63,079 nt of DNA, filler included, from Octopus bimaculoides (GCF_001194135.2; 7 parts of 6 records of this genome joined end to end with filler, not necessarily neighbours in it), one strand, 5' to 3'. Positions 50,159-62,711 are shown, counted from the first letter of the whole stretch. Notes: generated from the sequence alone by a model not told the origin. A program made the numbers and translations.

Positions 50159-50971
50159 CGAGGGGGTACCCAAAATAAACCGGAATTTTGCAACATTTTA
50201 TTTACTTAGTTTTATATGTTTACACTTTTGTCACCTTCAAAGTATTCTCCATTTGAAGCAATACATTGATTCAGGCATGTTTTCCACTATTTGCAGCAGT
50301 GCTGGAATTCTTGTGGCTTTTAAAACCACCATCATTTTTGTCTTCACCTCTTCCACATCTGCAAATTCTGCAGCACCAACATTCGTCACCAGTGATGACC
50401 TTTGAAAAAAGGTCTGGATCAACTTCCAACTATTCTTTCAGTTCACAACATGCATTCAGTCATGACTGCTTTTGGTCTTCTGTGAGTAAGTGAGGCACGA
50501 ATTTTGTTTCACAATTTTTATTCACAATTCCTTGCTCAAAATTCGTTGGCAGGTGCTCTAGGACACACCGGTCATGTCAACAAGTTTGTCAATTGTTTGG
50601 TGACAGTCCTCCAAGATCAGTTCATGAATTTTCGGGATGTTTTCATTTATTCAGGAGGTCGACGGTGTCCTGAATGAGGTTAGTCTTCAAATGACAAGTG
50701 ACTATTCCTAAAGCGTGGAAACCACTCATAAACTTGGGTTTTGCTCATGGCAGCATCCTTGTAAGCTGTTTGGAGCATGATAACTGTTTTGGCTGTTGTT
50801 TATCCCAGCAGAAAACAACTTCATGGAAGCAAGCTGTTCCTTTGTTTCAGCCATTGCAAAACAAAGATGCATCACATAGTAGTACATCACCGCTGACCAG
50901 CAGCAGAAGCCTGAACTACAATGGGTTTGTCCCACAGAGAACGTTTTTGGTTACTTTTAGATACCCACTCA
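50159..50971 (-). mobile_element. Internally deleted mariner element with both TIRs
   Basis: TIRs cgagggggtacccaaaataaacc and (rc) tgagtgggtatctaaaagtaacc, flanked by TA. Minus-strand HTH (FCFLLGKTAKTVIMLQTAYKDAAMSKTQVYEWFPRFRN) and C-terminus (FADVEEVK...CIASNGEYFEGD) remain; the catalytic core is missing. Confidence 0.85.
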
Positions 50972-51194
50972 TATATATATGTATGTATGTATGTNNNNNN
51001 NNNNNNNNNNNNNNNNNNNNNNNNNNNNNNNNNNNNNNNNNNNNNNNNNNNNNNNNNNNNNNNNNNNNNNNNNNNNNNNNNNNNNNNNNNNNNNNNNNNN
51101 NNNNNNNNNNNNNNNNNNNNNNNNNNNNNNNNNNNNNNNNNNNNNNNNNNNNNNNNNNNNNNNNNNNNNNNNNNNNNNNNNNNNNNNNNNNNNN

Positions 51195-51240
51195 TTCACT
51201 GACAAAATTCTGTGATGCAGCATAGAATTTTGTCAGTGAA
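51195..51240. repeat. 20-bp stem hairpin
   Basis: ttcactgacaaaattctgtg-atgcag-catagaattttgtcagtgaa: 19 Watson-Crick pairs plus one G-T. Confidence 0.85.
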
Positions 51241-51390
51241 CAGGTCGCGGTCTCAAAGCGACGAAAATATTTTGACAAATTAAATTTAAATGTTGAAGTG
51301 AATCTAACGGATTTTGTGTGTTATTTTAAATGGCTTATAAACACCTTCCACGCTGCAATTGTTTTATATATATATGTATGTATGTATGTA

Positions 51391-52630
51391 CAGGGTGCGA
51401 TGGGTAAATTGTCACCATTTTATATTTTTAACTTCTTGCATGAATTGTTTTTGATTTTGTCGACTACACAGTATAAGAGGGTCGAGAGAAACAGCACCAT
51501 GATGCTGAAATTTGGCCAGAAATTCGGAAATGACATGCTGTACTGCTTGGCATTCATGCTGGAAGCTCCGATACAAACATTTCAGAGCGTTTGGATGTCA
51601 ATCTGAGGAGAGTGCAGAGGATTTGGAAAGAGTTGGATAAGTCTAATGGTGATTATGAAGGTATGGCAGCTTGGAAAACTCACTCTGATCGTTCTGAATT
51701 TGCTGGTGAGATCCAGGCCATGATTGACAACAATCCCTCCAAATCAACCAGGTCCATCGCCAGGGACATGGGAGTGTCTAAGTTTCTTATCAGGCAGGTA
51801 GTGCATGAAGACATTCAGTATTCTTCATACAAGATGAGAATGGGCCAATTTTTATCGCAAGCTATCAAAGACAAGTGGAAAGACTGTTCTATAAAGCTTT
51901 TGAATAAACTCAAGCATCCTTTCCAACTGAACATGCTTTGATTGCCTCAAACGAGAAAAATTTCTGCCAGGATCAGATGGTGAATACACAGAACATCCAC
52001 TGGATTGCTATGTCCCCAAAGCATGTACCAAGAGTGATAAAAATCAAACATTCGGTCATCATAATAGTGTTTGGAGTGATCACTAGTGATGGTGATGTTA
52101 TGCTTCCATTCATCTTCCCACACGGCCTCACACTCAACATGGAGGCCTACATCAAGTGCCTGGAGGAGGTAGTGTTGTACTGGGTCAAGAGGGTGGTTGT
52201 TGGAAGACCCTGTCTGGCAACAGGACTCTGCACCATGCCACACAAACACGAGAACCCAGTCATGGCTGTCAGACAATTTCTGTGACCACATCACTCCTAA
52301 CATCTGGCCACATCACTCCTAACATCTGGCCACCTAACTCCCCAGACTGCAGCCACCTTGATTATTATGTGTGGAGTGCAGCTGAGTGAGAGACCAACAA
52401 CATTTCTTGTAACACCAAAGATGAACTGAAGGCAAGGATTATGGCAATATTCACCAACTTAAACAAGGAGACCATTCAAAAGAGTTGCAGGAGATTCCAA
52501 AGTCGTTTGGAGGCCGTGGTTGAAGCCAATGGCAATTTTATTGAATAAATTTTTCTGTTTAGTATTTCAAGGTATTTTTATGTAATTTTGGTAAATATAT
52601 CTGTTAAAATGAGATGTCAGTGTTATTTTC
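51391..52630 (+). mobile_element. maT-type (DD37D) transposon relic, nearly full length
   Basis: TA|cagggtgcgatggg terminus; HTH SKSTRSIARDMGVS; SNEKNF (first Asp changed to Asn); QQDSAPCH...WPPNSPDCSHLDYYVW. The spacing is 37 residues once the 22-bp duplication (52286-52329) is removed. No right TIR found. Confidence 0.9.
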
Positions 52631-52649
52631 CTTTTTGATCACATTTATA

Positions 52650-55170
52650 CGAGAAAGCCAAAGATGCTATTTGGCTTGTGGCATGTAGAAACTCTGTCGC
52701 ATTGCAGAAATCCACTAGCTCTGAATAAACAACACCAATGGTAACTAGAGTGTAAGATGGGTATAACAGATATTGTGGCTCTACAAGAAACCAGACTATC
52801 TGATGATGGCATGTTGAAAAGCTTGGGCTACTCAATTTTCTTAAAAGGTATCTCTGAGGGAGAAAGGTGGGAAGGTAGTATAGGTTTTGCAATTTGTCCT
52901 TTCTTTGCCGGTTGTTATGACCAGTCTCTTATAGCAAGTGAATGGATCATGATAGTTCATATGCCATTGGAAAGTAAACATTTTATGACAATTATATGTG
53001 TGAATGCCCCAACTTTGGACGTTGATTATGTACTGATAATTGGCTTTTATCAAGATTTGAAACAAGTAATTTCTTCTACTTCAATAAGCAATAAACTTCT
53101 TATCTTAAGAGGTCTCAGTGCCTGAGTTGGCAAGATAATATGGACTGGTGATACTTGGGATAATTTCAAAGAAAAAAATATACAGCATTGGTGCAGAAAT
53201 TCTTGTTTTTCCCAAGTATGTGTATAAAGACTGATTTGATGACAATGATGAGGACATAAAAATTCATGAGCACAGGCATTCTCTTTACTCAAAAGCTTAT
53301 GAGGTGAACATAATTCTGTCATAACCACTTTTAAAACAACAAATCATCTTTTCAAATGAAACAGTTGGTGCTCAAATATCTTCGAAGAAACATGAAATGC
53401 ATATGATTGAAAGAATACAAAGCAATTGTATAGCTTACTGAAGCAAGTTTTTACTCTTCAAACCTCAACTATTGCACCTGTAACATCTAGGGATAGAAAT
53501 GTATAATGTATTGTGTGAAGATCCTGATCAAATATAAAGGAAGTGAACTAAGTAGTTCACTGAACTTTTTCATAATCAGTCTACTGAAAATGATGAAATC
53601 AGAAATGTTCACCCACAGATACTTTATAAACAAAATGATGGTGTCACCTAATGGAATAAAATTTGCCAATAAATAAGGTAAACAGGTAAAGCTCCAAGTT
53701 TTTATGGTATCCTTGTAGAACTACTATGATATTGTAATGATGTTACTGGGGTTAGTGCAATTTTAATGTCTTTATAAAAAGGCAAAGGTAATAAATCATT
53801 TTGTGGTGGTTGCTGTGGAATAAGCTTGCTAGAAGCAGTTGGAAAATTTTTTGTTACAGTTCTCTTGGGTTACATTTCGGAATGAATAACAAAAAATGTC
53901 ATACCTGTGAGTCAATCTGGTTCGAGATACAACAGATTTGATCTTTTCCACCTGTCAAATACAAGAAAAATGCATTGCCACTTTTTAAAGGTTTTGTTGA
54001 CCTTACAAAGGCCTTTGTTATGGCGTACAAGAAAGCTTTGTGAATAGTCTTGGAAAAGCTAGGATGCTCACATGATTCATGAACTTTGTTTCAATATGAA
54101 GACCCGTGTTGATGTTAATAGTATTCTATAAGACCTATCCCAATTGATAATGGTCTGAAGCAAGGTGACATACTTGCTCTGGTTCTTTTCTCCATTTGTT
54201 TTGCTATTGCTATTGCTTATACTTTTCTAGAATCTACCATTGGTGTTCTATTTAAGGTTCTGAATAGCTGGTAACTATTTAATAGAGTCAGCTGAGATTC
54301 AAAATCTAAGGTCTTTGAGGAGATTTGCATGATTGCTATATGTTAATGATGTTGACTTGGTGGCTTATTCAGAACAAGGTATACAACTGTTGATGGACAA
54401 CTTTTCCAGAGCTTGCACTGCATTTGAACTCGCTATTAGTTTCACAAAAACTAAAATGATGTTCATGCTAGCACCTGGAGAAGCTTATGCTGACCCTAAC
54501 ATCAGGGTAAATGGAACATATTTGGATGCTGTCAAGGGTTTTGTATATCTTGAGTCCATTTCACCATCTGATGGATCTTTAGATGCTGAGACTCATCAAA
54601 GGCTTGCAAAAACAATCGTTTCTTTTGGCAATCTTGAAAAATGTGTGTGAAAGGACAGAGGAATCACTCTTAACGTGAAGGTTTCTATTTATAGGAGCTG
54701 TGTTTAAAGCTATATCTTGTATGCTTCAGAAACATGGAGCACCTATTGCCATCACATTGCATCACTTAAAAGATTCTACCAAAACTGTTTAAGGTATATA
54801 TTAAGGATAAACTAGCAGACAAAAACCCCAGACACCATTGTTCTTGCAAATGTTAATATGCCCAGCATTTAAAAAAAAAAATCATTATATTGGAACAAAT
54901 ACACTGAATGAGCCATTTAATCAGAATGGATTACACAAGGATTCCTAAGCAATTACCTTATGGCAAACTAACACTAAATAAGAACTCACTGCATAAACCC
55001 CAGAAGAGATACAAGATGTGATAAAAGCAAACCTCAAACCTTTGAACATAGGAAATCAAGATTGAGAAATGCTCGTATTGATAAACGTGGCGTGGTTCAA
55101 TCAAGAAAGATTGCGAAACATTTGAACAGAACAAAATCAAAAGGCAAAAATAAAACGAGCTATTTGAAAG
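52650..55170 (+). mobile_element. Degenerate RTE-clade (BovB-like) LINE, endonuclease + RT
   Basis: DIVALQETRL...GFAI...TIICVNAPTL...KLLILRGLSA*VG (APE); FVDLTKAF; GLKQGDILA; LYVNDVDLVAYSEQGIQLLMDNF...FVYLESISPSDGSLDAET (RT). Many stops and frameshifts. Confidence 0.92.
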
Positions 55171-55589
55171 CATGAATAACTGCCTAGTGATCGCTGGAAC
55201 AGTTAAATTTCCGTAAAATTCAACTTAAAAAAGAGAAACAGTAATATATTAGACAATGTAGTTCACTATAGCTGGAAAGTGAAGGGACAATCATGGTTGG
55301 AACGACCATCACAGTAACATTCAAAATTAACAGGTATTCATTCAAGGGAAATAACTCACAAACTATATCGCTGATGCAGAAAAGAATTATTTCCCTTTGA
55401 CCGTAAGCTTTGATACGTCTGTTGAATTGTTTCTGTTGATGGAGATGTAAGGCCTGAAAAAAGCTTACAAAACTCATGTTTTTTTAAATTTTTATCTTTT
55501 ACTTATTTTAGTAATTTCACCATGGCTGTCTTTGGGCACCGATGTGCTGATTAAAATTTTAATGTTTTTTTTAAAAATACCATGGTGAA

Positions 55590-55745
55590 CGTAGGCGCAG
55601 GCGTGGCTGTATAGTAAGAAGCTTGCTTCTCAATCACATAGTTCCAGGTTCAGTCTCACTGTGTGGCATCCTGGGTAAGTGTCTTCTATTACAACCTCGG
55701 TGTTGGTGTGTTTAAGCTCCTGTAACTTAGCAGTTCGGCAAAAAA
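55590..55745 (+). mobile_element. SINE family C, internally deleted
   Basis: ggcgcaggcgtggctgtatagtaagaagcttgc...gtgtcttctatta joined to gctggtgtgttta-like ...gtaacttagcagttcggcaaaa. Confidence 0.78.
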
Positions 55746-56342
55746 AGCTTTATAAGCTTGTAAGTCGCTAAAAATACAAAATGAAGAGCCGTCTGTGTAA
55801 GTCCTCGCTTGTCAGTACTTAGACGTACTAGACATAGACTCTTAGTAGAAAATTTTCGTTGTAATATCTGGTAACCTGGGACACAGCGATCTCAGGCTAA
55901 GCCTATTAAGGAGTCGGTGATGGCCTGTCCCCATCCTGAGATGTGAAATGTAGGCCGACAATATGCGATCATACCCATCACTCCTTCCAAGCAGCTATGG
56001 GTGGCACGGTCTCATTGCTTTGTGATTGCTGAAGATAGTATAATTCTAAAGGATAAAAAACCCAGAGAGAAATTTTAAGTGTTGAGCCCCATTGGAGGTA
56101 AAATATGTCTTGTTGGTAAGCAACCAAACTAGAACCTGATGCACTGTCTTTGTTCTATGATTTGGACTGTTAAGATCAAGAGATAGGTACCAAAACATGG
56201 GAAACTCTGGATCCCCAAGATCCCCATGAAACTGTTCTGGCTTGTCTTCCTTTTCTATCTCTAGTGTCCATGCGTTAAATAAAATGAGACAACAAGGCTT
56301 AGGCTGTGTGGAATTTATAGGACATTTATAAAGGGAAAGGTA

Positions 56343-56390
56343 GTCTTACAGTTGTTTCTGGGATATTAGGGATATCCCTTCATCAGAGAC
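56343..56390 (-). ncRNA. Minimal type-I hammerhead-ribozyme-like motif (left arm)
   Basis: Minus strand GTCT CTGATGA agggatatccct-aatatccca GAAA C-aact-GTA AGAC: perfect 4-bp stem I, intact core, stem II carrying a short duplication. Confidence 0.6.
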
Positions 56391-56691
56391 AATATGAGAG
56401 AGTTAACTAGAGGGAAATAGTAGAGTTCAATATAAGGAGTTATTCTGGAAAAGGATGGATATTGGAAGTATAAAGGGAAATAAGAGAATAAAAATAAAAA
56501 TAAAAATATATGTAGGATGTTACAGTTGCAGTTCCATTATCCAAGGAAAGTGCTGTCTAGAATGGGTAGAAGTGCTTCTTGTCCATGGTATGTAGAATCC
56601 GATGTAGAATCCATTTGTAATAATAAAATATGAACTCCTATCAGATTCTACATACCATGGATTCCTTCCCTCTAGTTAACTCTCTCATATT

Positions 56692-56729
56692 GTTTCCGAT
56701 GAAGGATATCCCAGAAACAGCTGTAAGAC
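56692..56729 (+). ncRNA. Minimal type-I hammerhead-ribozyme-like motif (right arm)
   Basis: GTTT CCGATGA aggatatccca GAAA C-agct-GTA AGAC: palindromic stem III ACAGCTGT, predicted cut after 56725, core U4 changed to C. Confidence 0.6.
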
Positions 56730-56938
56730 TACCTTTCCCTTTATAAATGTCCTATAAATTCCACACAGTCTTGGCTTTGTTGTCTCATTTTATTCAACAT
56801 ATACATGTTCATACAAGACCTGCATTGGACTCCTCACTCCTTATTATTGAACCAAGAGTCTAACTACGGTCTCCCTGTAGCACTTACATAAGCTTACCTG
56901 CCATCTTCGGTTTCCTGGATACTAGTACCCCCATATAT

Positions 56939-56991
<53 letters not shown>

Positions 56992-57434
56992 NNNNNNNNN
57001 NNNNNNNNNNNNNNNNNNNNNNNNNNNNNNNNNNNTTAATTAATTAANNNNNNNNNNNNNNNNNNNNNNNNNNNNNNNNNNNNNNNNNNNNATATTTATA
57101 CATATAAATTTGACATGGGTGACTCTTTCTTGTCTTGGGATTCATGGTCAACTGGCTGGGTGAAATTGCACAAAAAAATTACACAGATGTGCAGAATGAT
57201 CCAGTGGTGTTGCTGGGCTTTGTATTTTTTTTCATAGCTTCCATGGTTACGGAGATAATCTACTATGATTATGAATGAGAAAGTAAAGGGTGATAGATGA
57301 ATAAGGAAGGAAGGGGTGATGTCATACTTGGTAGTGGGATGATGAAAATTGTATGCTGAAAAAATAAATCAAACAGCGTTTCAAATCTGTGTGAATATAT
57401 GTGTGTGTATGTAAAAGAGAGGAATGTGTGTGTG

Positions 57435-57466
<32 letters not shown>

Positions 57467-57717
57467 CACATGCAATGGAAGTGGGATGGTTCATCTTTGT
57501 TCGCCTTAGTATTTGGGTCTATTTTTTGATTTGGTTGAATCTTGGTTGTTTTTTTTTCTTTTTGCTGGTCAGTTATTTTTAACGTTTTGACAGAAAAATG
57601 TCATTCTAAAATTGTTTTTTAGCATAAGCATGCTCAAACAAGTCGAATGCTTACACAGAGTAGGTCTTACAGCCACATCATCCAAATCAACTGGGTAAAA
57701 CCAGGCTTAGCTGCTAG

Positions 57718-57759
<42 letters not shown>

Positions 57760-58439
57760 TATATATGCATGTATAATAAATGAAAATTGTACGGTAAATA
57801 AACAAACGACATAATGAATACTGAGTGTACAACTGGATGGGAGACAAACACAGAAGGTCCCTAATTCTTCATTAGTTATCAACCAATTAGTAATTCTCAG
57901 TTTTGCACCATTAATGATAAGACCAAGGGTTTCCCATATTGGCAGTGCCTACAAAAATTTTTTTGTGGAAAATTTAGGGCCAAGAGCAAACAAAACAAGA
58001 CAAAAGAACACAGAGTGTGATTTAAGATGGTGGGCAAGGATGAAACAGACGAGCAAAACACAGACGTAGGGCCAAGAAGACAAGAATAGTGGGTAATGCT
58101 TAGAAGATATCCTAAAGGAAAAAGAATGGAGAGACAGAATTTGCGACTGGTCAGCTTTGGGACCAGAGTGAGAAAGGGAGAAAGCTGGCTGTGGGTCACA
58201 TGACAGCAGCAGGCAGAGGAGAAAGACAGTAAGAGAGAGGGAGAGAGAGTGACAGAGAGAAATAAAGGGAAGGGATGAAAGGAGAAAAAGGAGGAAAGAG
58301 AGAAAAGAAGAAAGTAGGAAGGCTAGAATAGAAGTGAGAGAGTGAGAAAAGAAGAAAGTGGAAAGGCTAGAACAGAACTGAGAGGATTAGAGAAAGAAAA
58401 GGGGAAAGAATAAAGGCAAGAGAGAGAGAGAGTCCCATG

Positions 58440-58479
<40 letters not shown>

Positions 58480-58519
58480 AATATATATATATATAATATA
58501 TACACACACACACATATAA

Positions 58520-58586
<67 letters not shown>

Positions 58587-59558
58587 GATAAACAGATAGA
58601 TTTAGATCTAGATATAGATATTTAGAGCTGCAAAGAATGGGTCATTTGTTATATATGATATAAGGTTTGACAAGATTTCTCTCTTGTCTATTTCATATTG
58701 TAAAAATTATGAGGTTGACTTGATCCAATTCTAAATTGTTGAAGAGTTTTGCTCATAATCTCTTTAGAATCTAGCTACCTGAAAGAATATGACATATTTG
58801 AAGATCAGTTGAGTTATTCAACAAGCTTCCAAATAATGTCCATTTAATAAAGTTCCCCTGCAAGTCTTTGGATGACCTGGGGCTATATTGTCTTAGCTGC
58901 AGCATTGTGTAGTATCAAAACTGAAATGTCATGATTTTCAAACGATCTTTTTAACCATTCAGTCATGCCCCGTACCAGTACTTATGCATAAGAGGATTGT
59001 ACACACTCACATGTTTGTATTACGTAATACTAGCATTTAAGCATGGAATTTAGTATGTAATACGTCTGTAATACATATTCCTAGTAACTTAGACACTCGA
59101 TGACATCATCAGGCCATGCTGACATCTACATAACAACATATCCTCATTGTTTGCATAACGCTTATAGGTCTTTTGAATGTCATTGAAATAAATAGTATTA
59201 TATTTCTAAGGTTTCCATTTACATGACTTTAATATAATTGTTAGGTTAAACGTTATACATTAGTTGGGAATATCTGTTGAAATATATATTATCTCCTATA
59301 GTTTTATTGTGACTCAGTGGATTAGTGAAAATCTGAACTTGATTCTCGTGTGTCATAAGGTCACAGCATCAAATGTAGCATTCTTTGCTGCTGTTTAATC
59401 TCAATATCTGCACATTGTCTTTATATCAATAGAAATATGGTTCTTCTAGAAATACATGATAGTTCATCTTCTCATCAGTACCCATCTTTCTTTGTTTCTC
59501 TCACTATCTTTCTCTTGTTCTGTTTGTCTGTCTGTGTGTATCTCTGTTTCTAATGAAC

Positions 59559-59612
<54 letters not shown>

Positions 59613-59664
59613 GTACAAAATGTGTGTATGTGTGTGTGTGTGTTTGTGTGTGTGATTGTATTAT

Positions 59665-59790
59665 TAAGAAGTTGACACTGCATTCACTTTAGTCTTAGGT
59701 TCAATCCTGTGGCTTCCTGTCCTCCTACTATAAGCTTGGGCTTACCAATGACTTGCAAATGAAATTCTTTGATGGAGACTATTTGGATGC
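59665..59790 (+). mobile_element. SINE family C, highly degenerate 5' part
   Basis: ggttcaatcctgtgg...tcctctactataagcttgggcttaccaatgacttgcaaatgaaatt. Confidence 0.5.
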
Positions 59791-60222
59791 ATGTTTACAC
59801 ACACACACACACGCACACACACAAATGTAACCACATGTGAATATGCGTATATATATATATATGTGTGCTTGCATGTGATTCTATCTAAATATTTTCACTC
59901 AACACAACTTCATGCCTTGTGTAAGCAAAGCATCAATCTCTATCAGTGGTCTAACTATGAAGACATAAAATAAAGTACCTTACTTGAAAGTCAACCAAGA
60001 ATTCGCATCATGCAAGGAATCTCACTTCAATAAGTCTTGTTAAGCATATGTAAGCATGGAAAAAAAAAATACACATAAAAAACAACACTTATATGATATT
60101 TCTTTTTGGTTCACACAACTAGTAAAAAGATGAATAGCTATTGCTGGTAGCACTCTTGTTATTTTCCTTCAACCCTTTAGCATTTAAACAGGCCATATCT
60201 GGCCTAAATATTCTACCATACA

Positions 60223-60437
60223 CCCCACAACTTTCAAACGGTACCTGGACAAATTCCTCCAGGAAATACCAGATAAACCACCTACACCTGGATAAGTCTC
60301 AACCAACAACAACTCTCTGCTTGAGTGATCCATGGTGTCCTGAAATAGTTAACTAGAAGACTTTTCCAGGTGGTGCAATTGAGTTAGTCATGGCCTGGAC
60401 TGATAATGGCCAAAACCAATCTAAGTTATCTAAGTTA
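60223..60437 (+). mobile_element. 3' end of a CR1/L2-group-like LINE
   Basis: PTTFKRYLDKFLQEIPDKPPTPG*VSTNNNSLLE*, then a short UTR ending in tctaagt-tatctaagtt tail repeats. Clade assignment is from memory. Confidence 0.6.
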
Positions 60438-60579
60438 CTAGTATTGCTGCCTGCTCTATCATGCTGATTCAGTTTGTGAATGATGTTACGGGAACACAGA
60501 TGTTTTAAGAATGCTCAGTAACTTCCATATAAATTCAAGAACAAGTAATGCATTGATCAACTAAGTCGTTATCATCAAG

Positions 60580-60749
60580 TGCAGGCATGACTGTGCAGTA
60601 AGAAGTTCTGTCCCATGCATGGGCACCTTGGGCAAGTGTCTTCTGCTATCTGCTCTGCCTTGTGAGTGGATTTGGTTGATGAAAACTGAGAGACACCTGT
60701 TGTGTATATATAAATATATACGTATATATATATACATATACATATATAT

Positions 60750-60796
<47 letters not shown>

Positions 60797-60911
60797 CATA
60801 TATACATATACATATATATATATATATACATATATACATATACATATATATATACATATATACATATATAGATATACATATATATATACATATATACATA
60901 TACATATATAC

Positions 60912-60942
<31 letters not shown>

Positions 60943-60952
60943 CATATATATA
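60580..60952 (+). mobile_element. SINE family C 5' half running into a ~240-bp (TA/TACA)n tract
   Basis: gcaggcatgactgtgcagtaagaagt...gcaccttgggcaagtgtcttctgctat...ccttgtgagtggatttggttga, then microsatellite up to the spacer. Confidence 0.8.
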
Positions 60953-61558
60953 NNNNNNNNNNNNNNNNNNNNNNNNNNNNNNNNNNNNNNNNNNNNTTAA
61001 TTAATTAANNNNNNNNNNNNNNNNNNNNNNNNNNNNNNNNNNNNNNNNNNNNAGTATATGTGATTTTATATATCCTTACATTGCAGACAATTAATCGATC
61101 CTGAGTATTCCTCAGCGAACTTCACTGCTTTTGCATTATATATGCCCCAGCAATTACATGCAACAACATATATATATAATACTGCACTTCAATATAAAGT
61201 TTCTCAGACGGTTGTATATAAAACTAGAAATTATACGCTGCACCTGCTTTAAACAACACAGAGAACATTATAGTCTCATCATGCAAAGTGCTCAGGAATA
61301 TAAGTGTGTGTATGTATGAGTGTGTGTGCGCGTATGTGTGTGTGCGAATGTGTGTGTGCGTGTGTGGGCGTGTATATGTTTGCGTGTGCCTGTATCTTCA
61401 CGGACAAATACATATACATATTTATGCATATAGGCACGTATATACAAACAGACATATACACGTATATATACATGCATACATATATACATATGTATGTATG
61501 TGTGTATTTATTTATGTATACACACACAGGCACACACACAAGCACACACATATATATA

Positions 61559-61638
<80 letters not shown>

Positions 61639-62711
61639 TGTGTATAGACCCACATATATGTGCATGCTTGCGTATATGTACATATATAAACATGTATACA
61701 AACACTCACAATTAAACACACACATTCACACACACACAGACGCGCACATACATATATGTATATATATCTATAAATAATGACATATTTATATATATATATA
61801 TATCTAACTCTATATAAGTATGTATGTATGTGTGTATATATATATCAATATATATATATTCATAATACATGTATACACAAGCACACACACACACACACAC
61901 ACACACACTTACTCATGCGTGTGTGCGTGTATATATACACATATGTAGATACTTGTATATAATCTACGAAGGATGCGTGCATCCTAATGTTCGTTGATTT
62001 ATCGGAAGGTTTCAAATCAATATTTATCGCGTGTTAGTCTATTGAGAATTTCAGAAATTGCAATCTTCAGCTCTAACCGATCACAGAATTTCTCCACAGC
62101 ACTTCCAGTGGCAAAATTTCTTGGACAGATTTGTTTTATTTCACAATCTAACACGAACATAGCACAACTCTCTGCCCTTTTACTTTCAATTAAACTAATA
62201 GTTAACGTAGCGTTGTTACTATTATGGACTTGGAATCATACTGTGATGTTGATCGTATACACACACACACACACATTTATGTATATATATATAGCCATTG
62301 ATGTATGCATATATATATGTATATACGTCGATTGATACATTCATTTGTGCATAGATTTGTAAGTATATTCATATCAGTAATATATTACATATTTTTATGC
62401 GGTAAACGTGCAAGAACTTAGTACATCCGATGAATATAATTATTGTTGTAATCTATTGCTATAAAAATACAGATTATGGGCATGCATATTACTGTGGTCA
62501 TTCTAATATCCGGGATCGCATGGTCTCAAGAAATCATTTGCTCTTAAACAGGAGACTACAGCTGAGAGGACATGTTCAAAGCATCACTTGTTTGCATACG
62601 AAATATTAGTGTAGTGGGTAATTTATTTTGTCATATGTATATAACTAGAAAATATACGGCCCTTACTGCATACAAATAGCTCGTTCCCATAGAAACCATA
62701 CCGTTATAACA

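Larger units (their letters stand above)
56274..56798. mobile_element. ~525-bp interrupted palindrome, probable Penelope-like element remnant
   Basis: Left arm 56274-56416 plus 56583-56603 mirrors right arm 56640-56798 at high identity. Loop is 36 bp; a ~165-bp insertion interrupts the left arm. Confidence 0.82.

Noticed and set aside
55790-55910. A called HDV-like ribozyme
   Set aside because: L3-like and J4/2-like words are present, but there is no P1 partner or GG for P1.1. Kept only as a low-interest lead.
60385-60425. ctgataatggccaaaacc as a hammerhead core
   Set aside because: It lacks G8, G12 and stem III, and is better explained as the LINE 3' stem-loop and tail.
62460-62700. Possible snRNA or Pol III gene (octamer-like tttgcata)
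   Set aside because: No recognisable snRNA body, Sm site or terminator.
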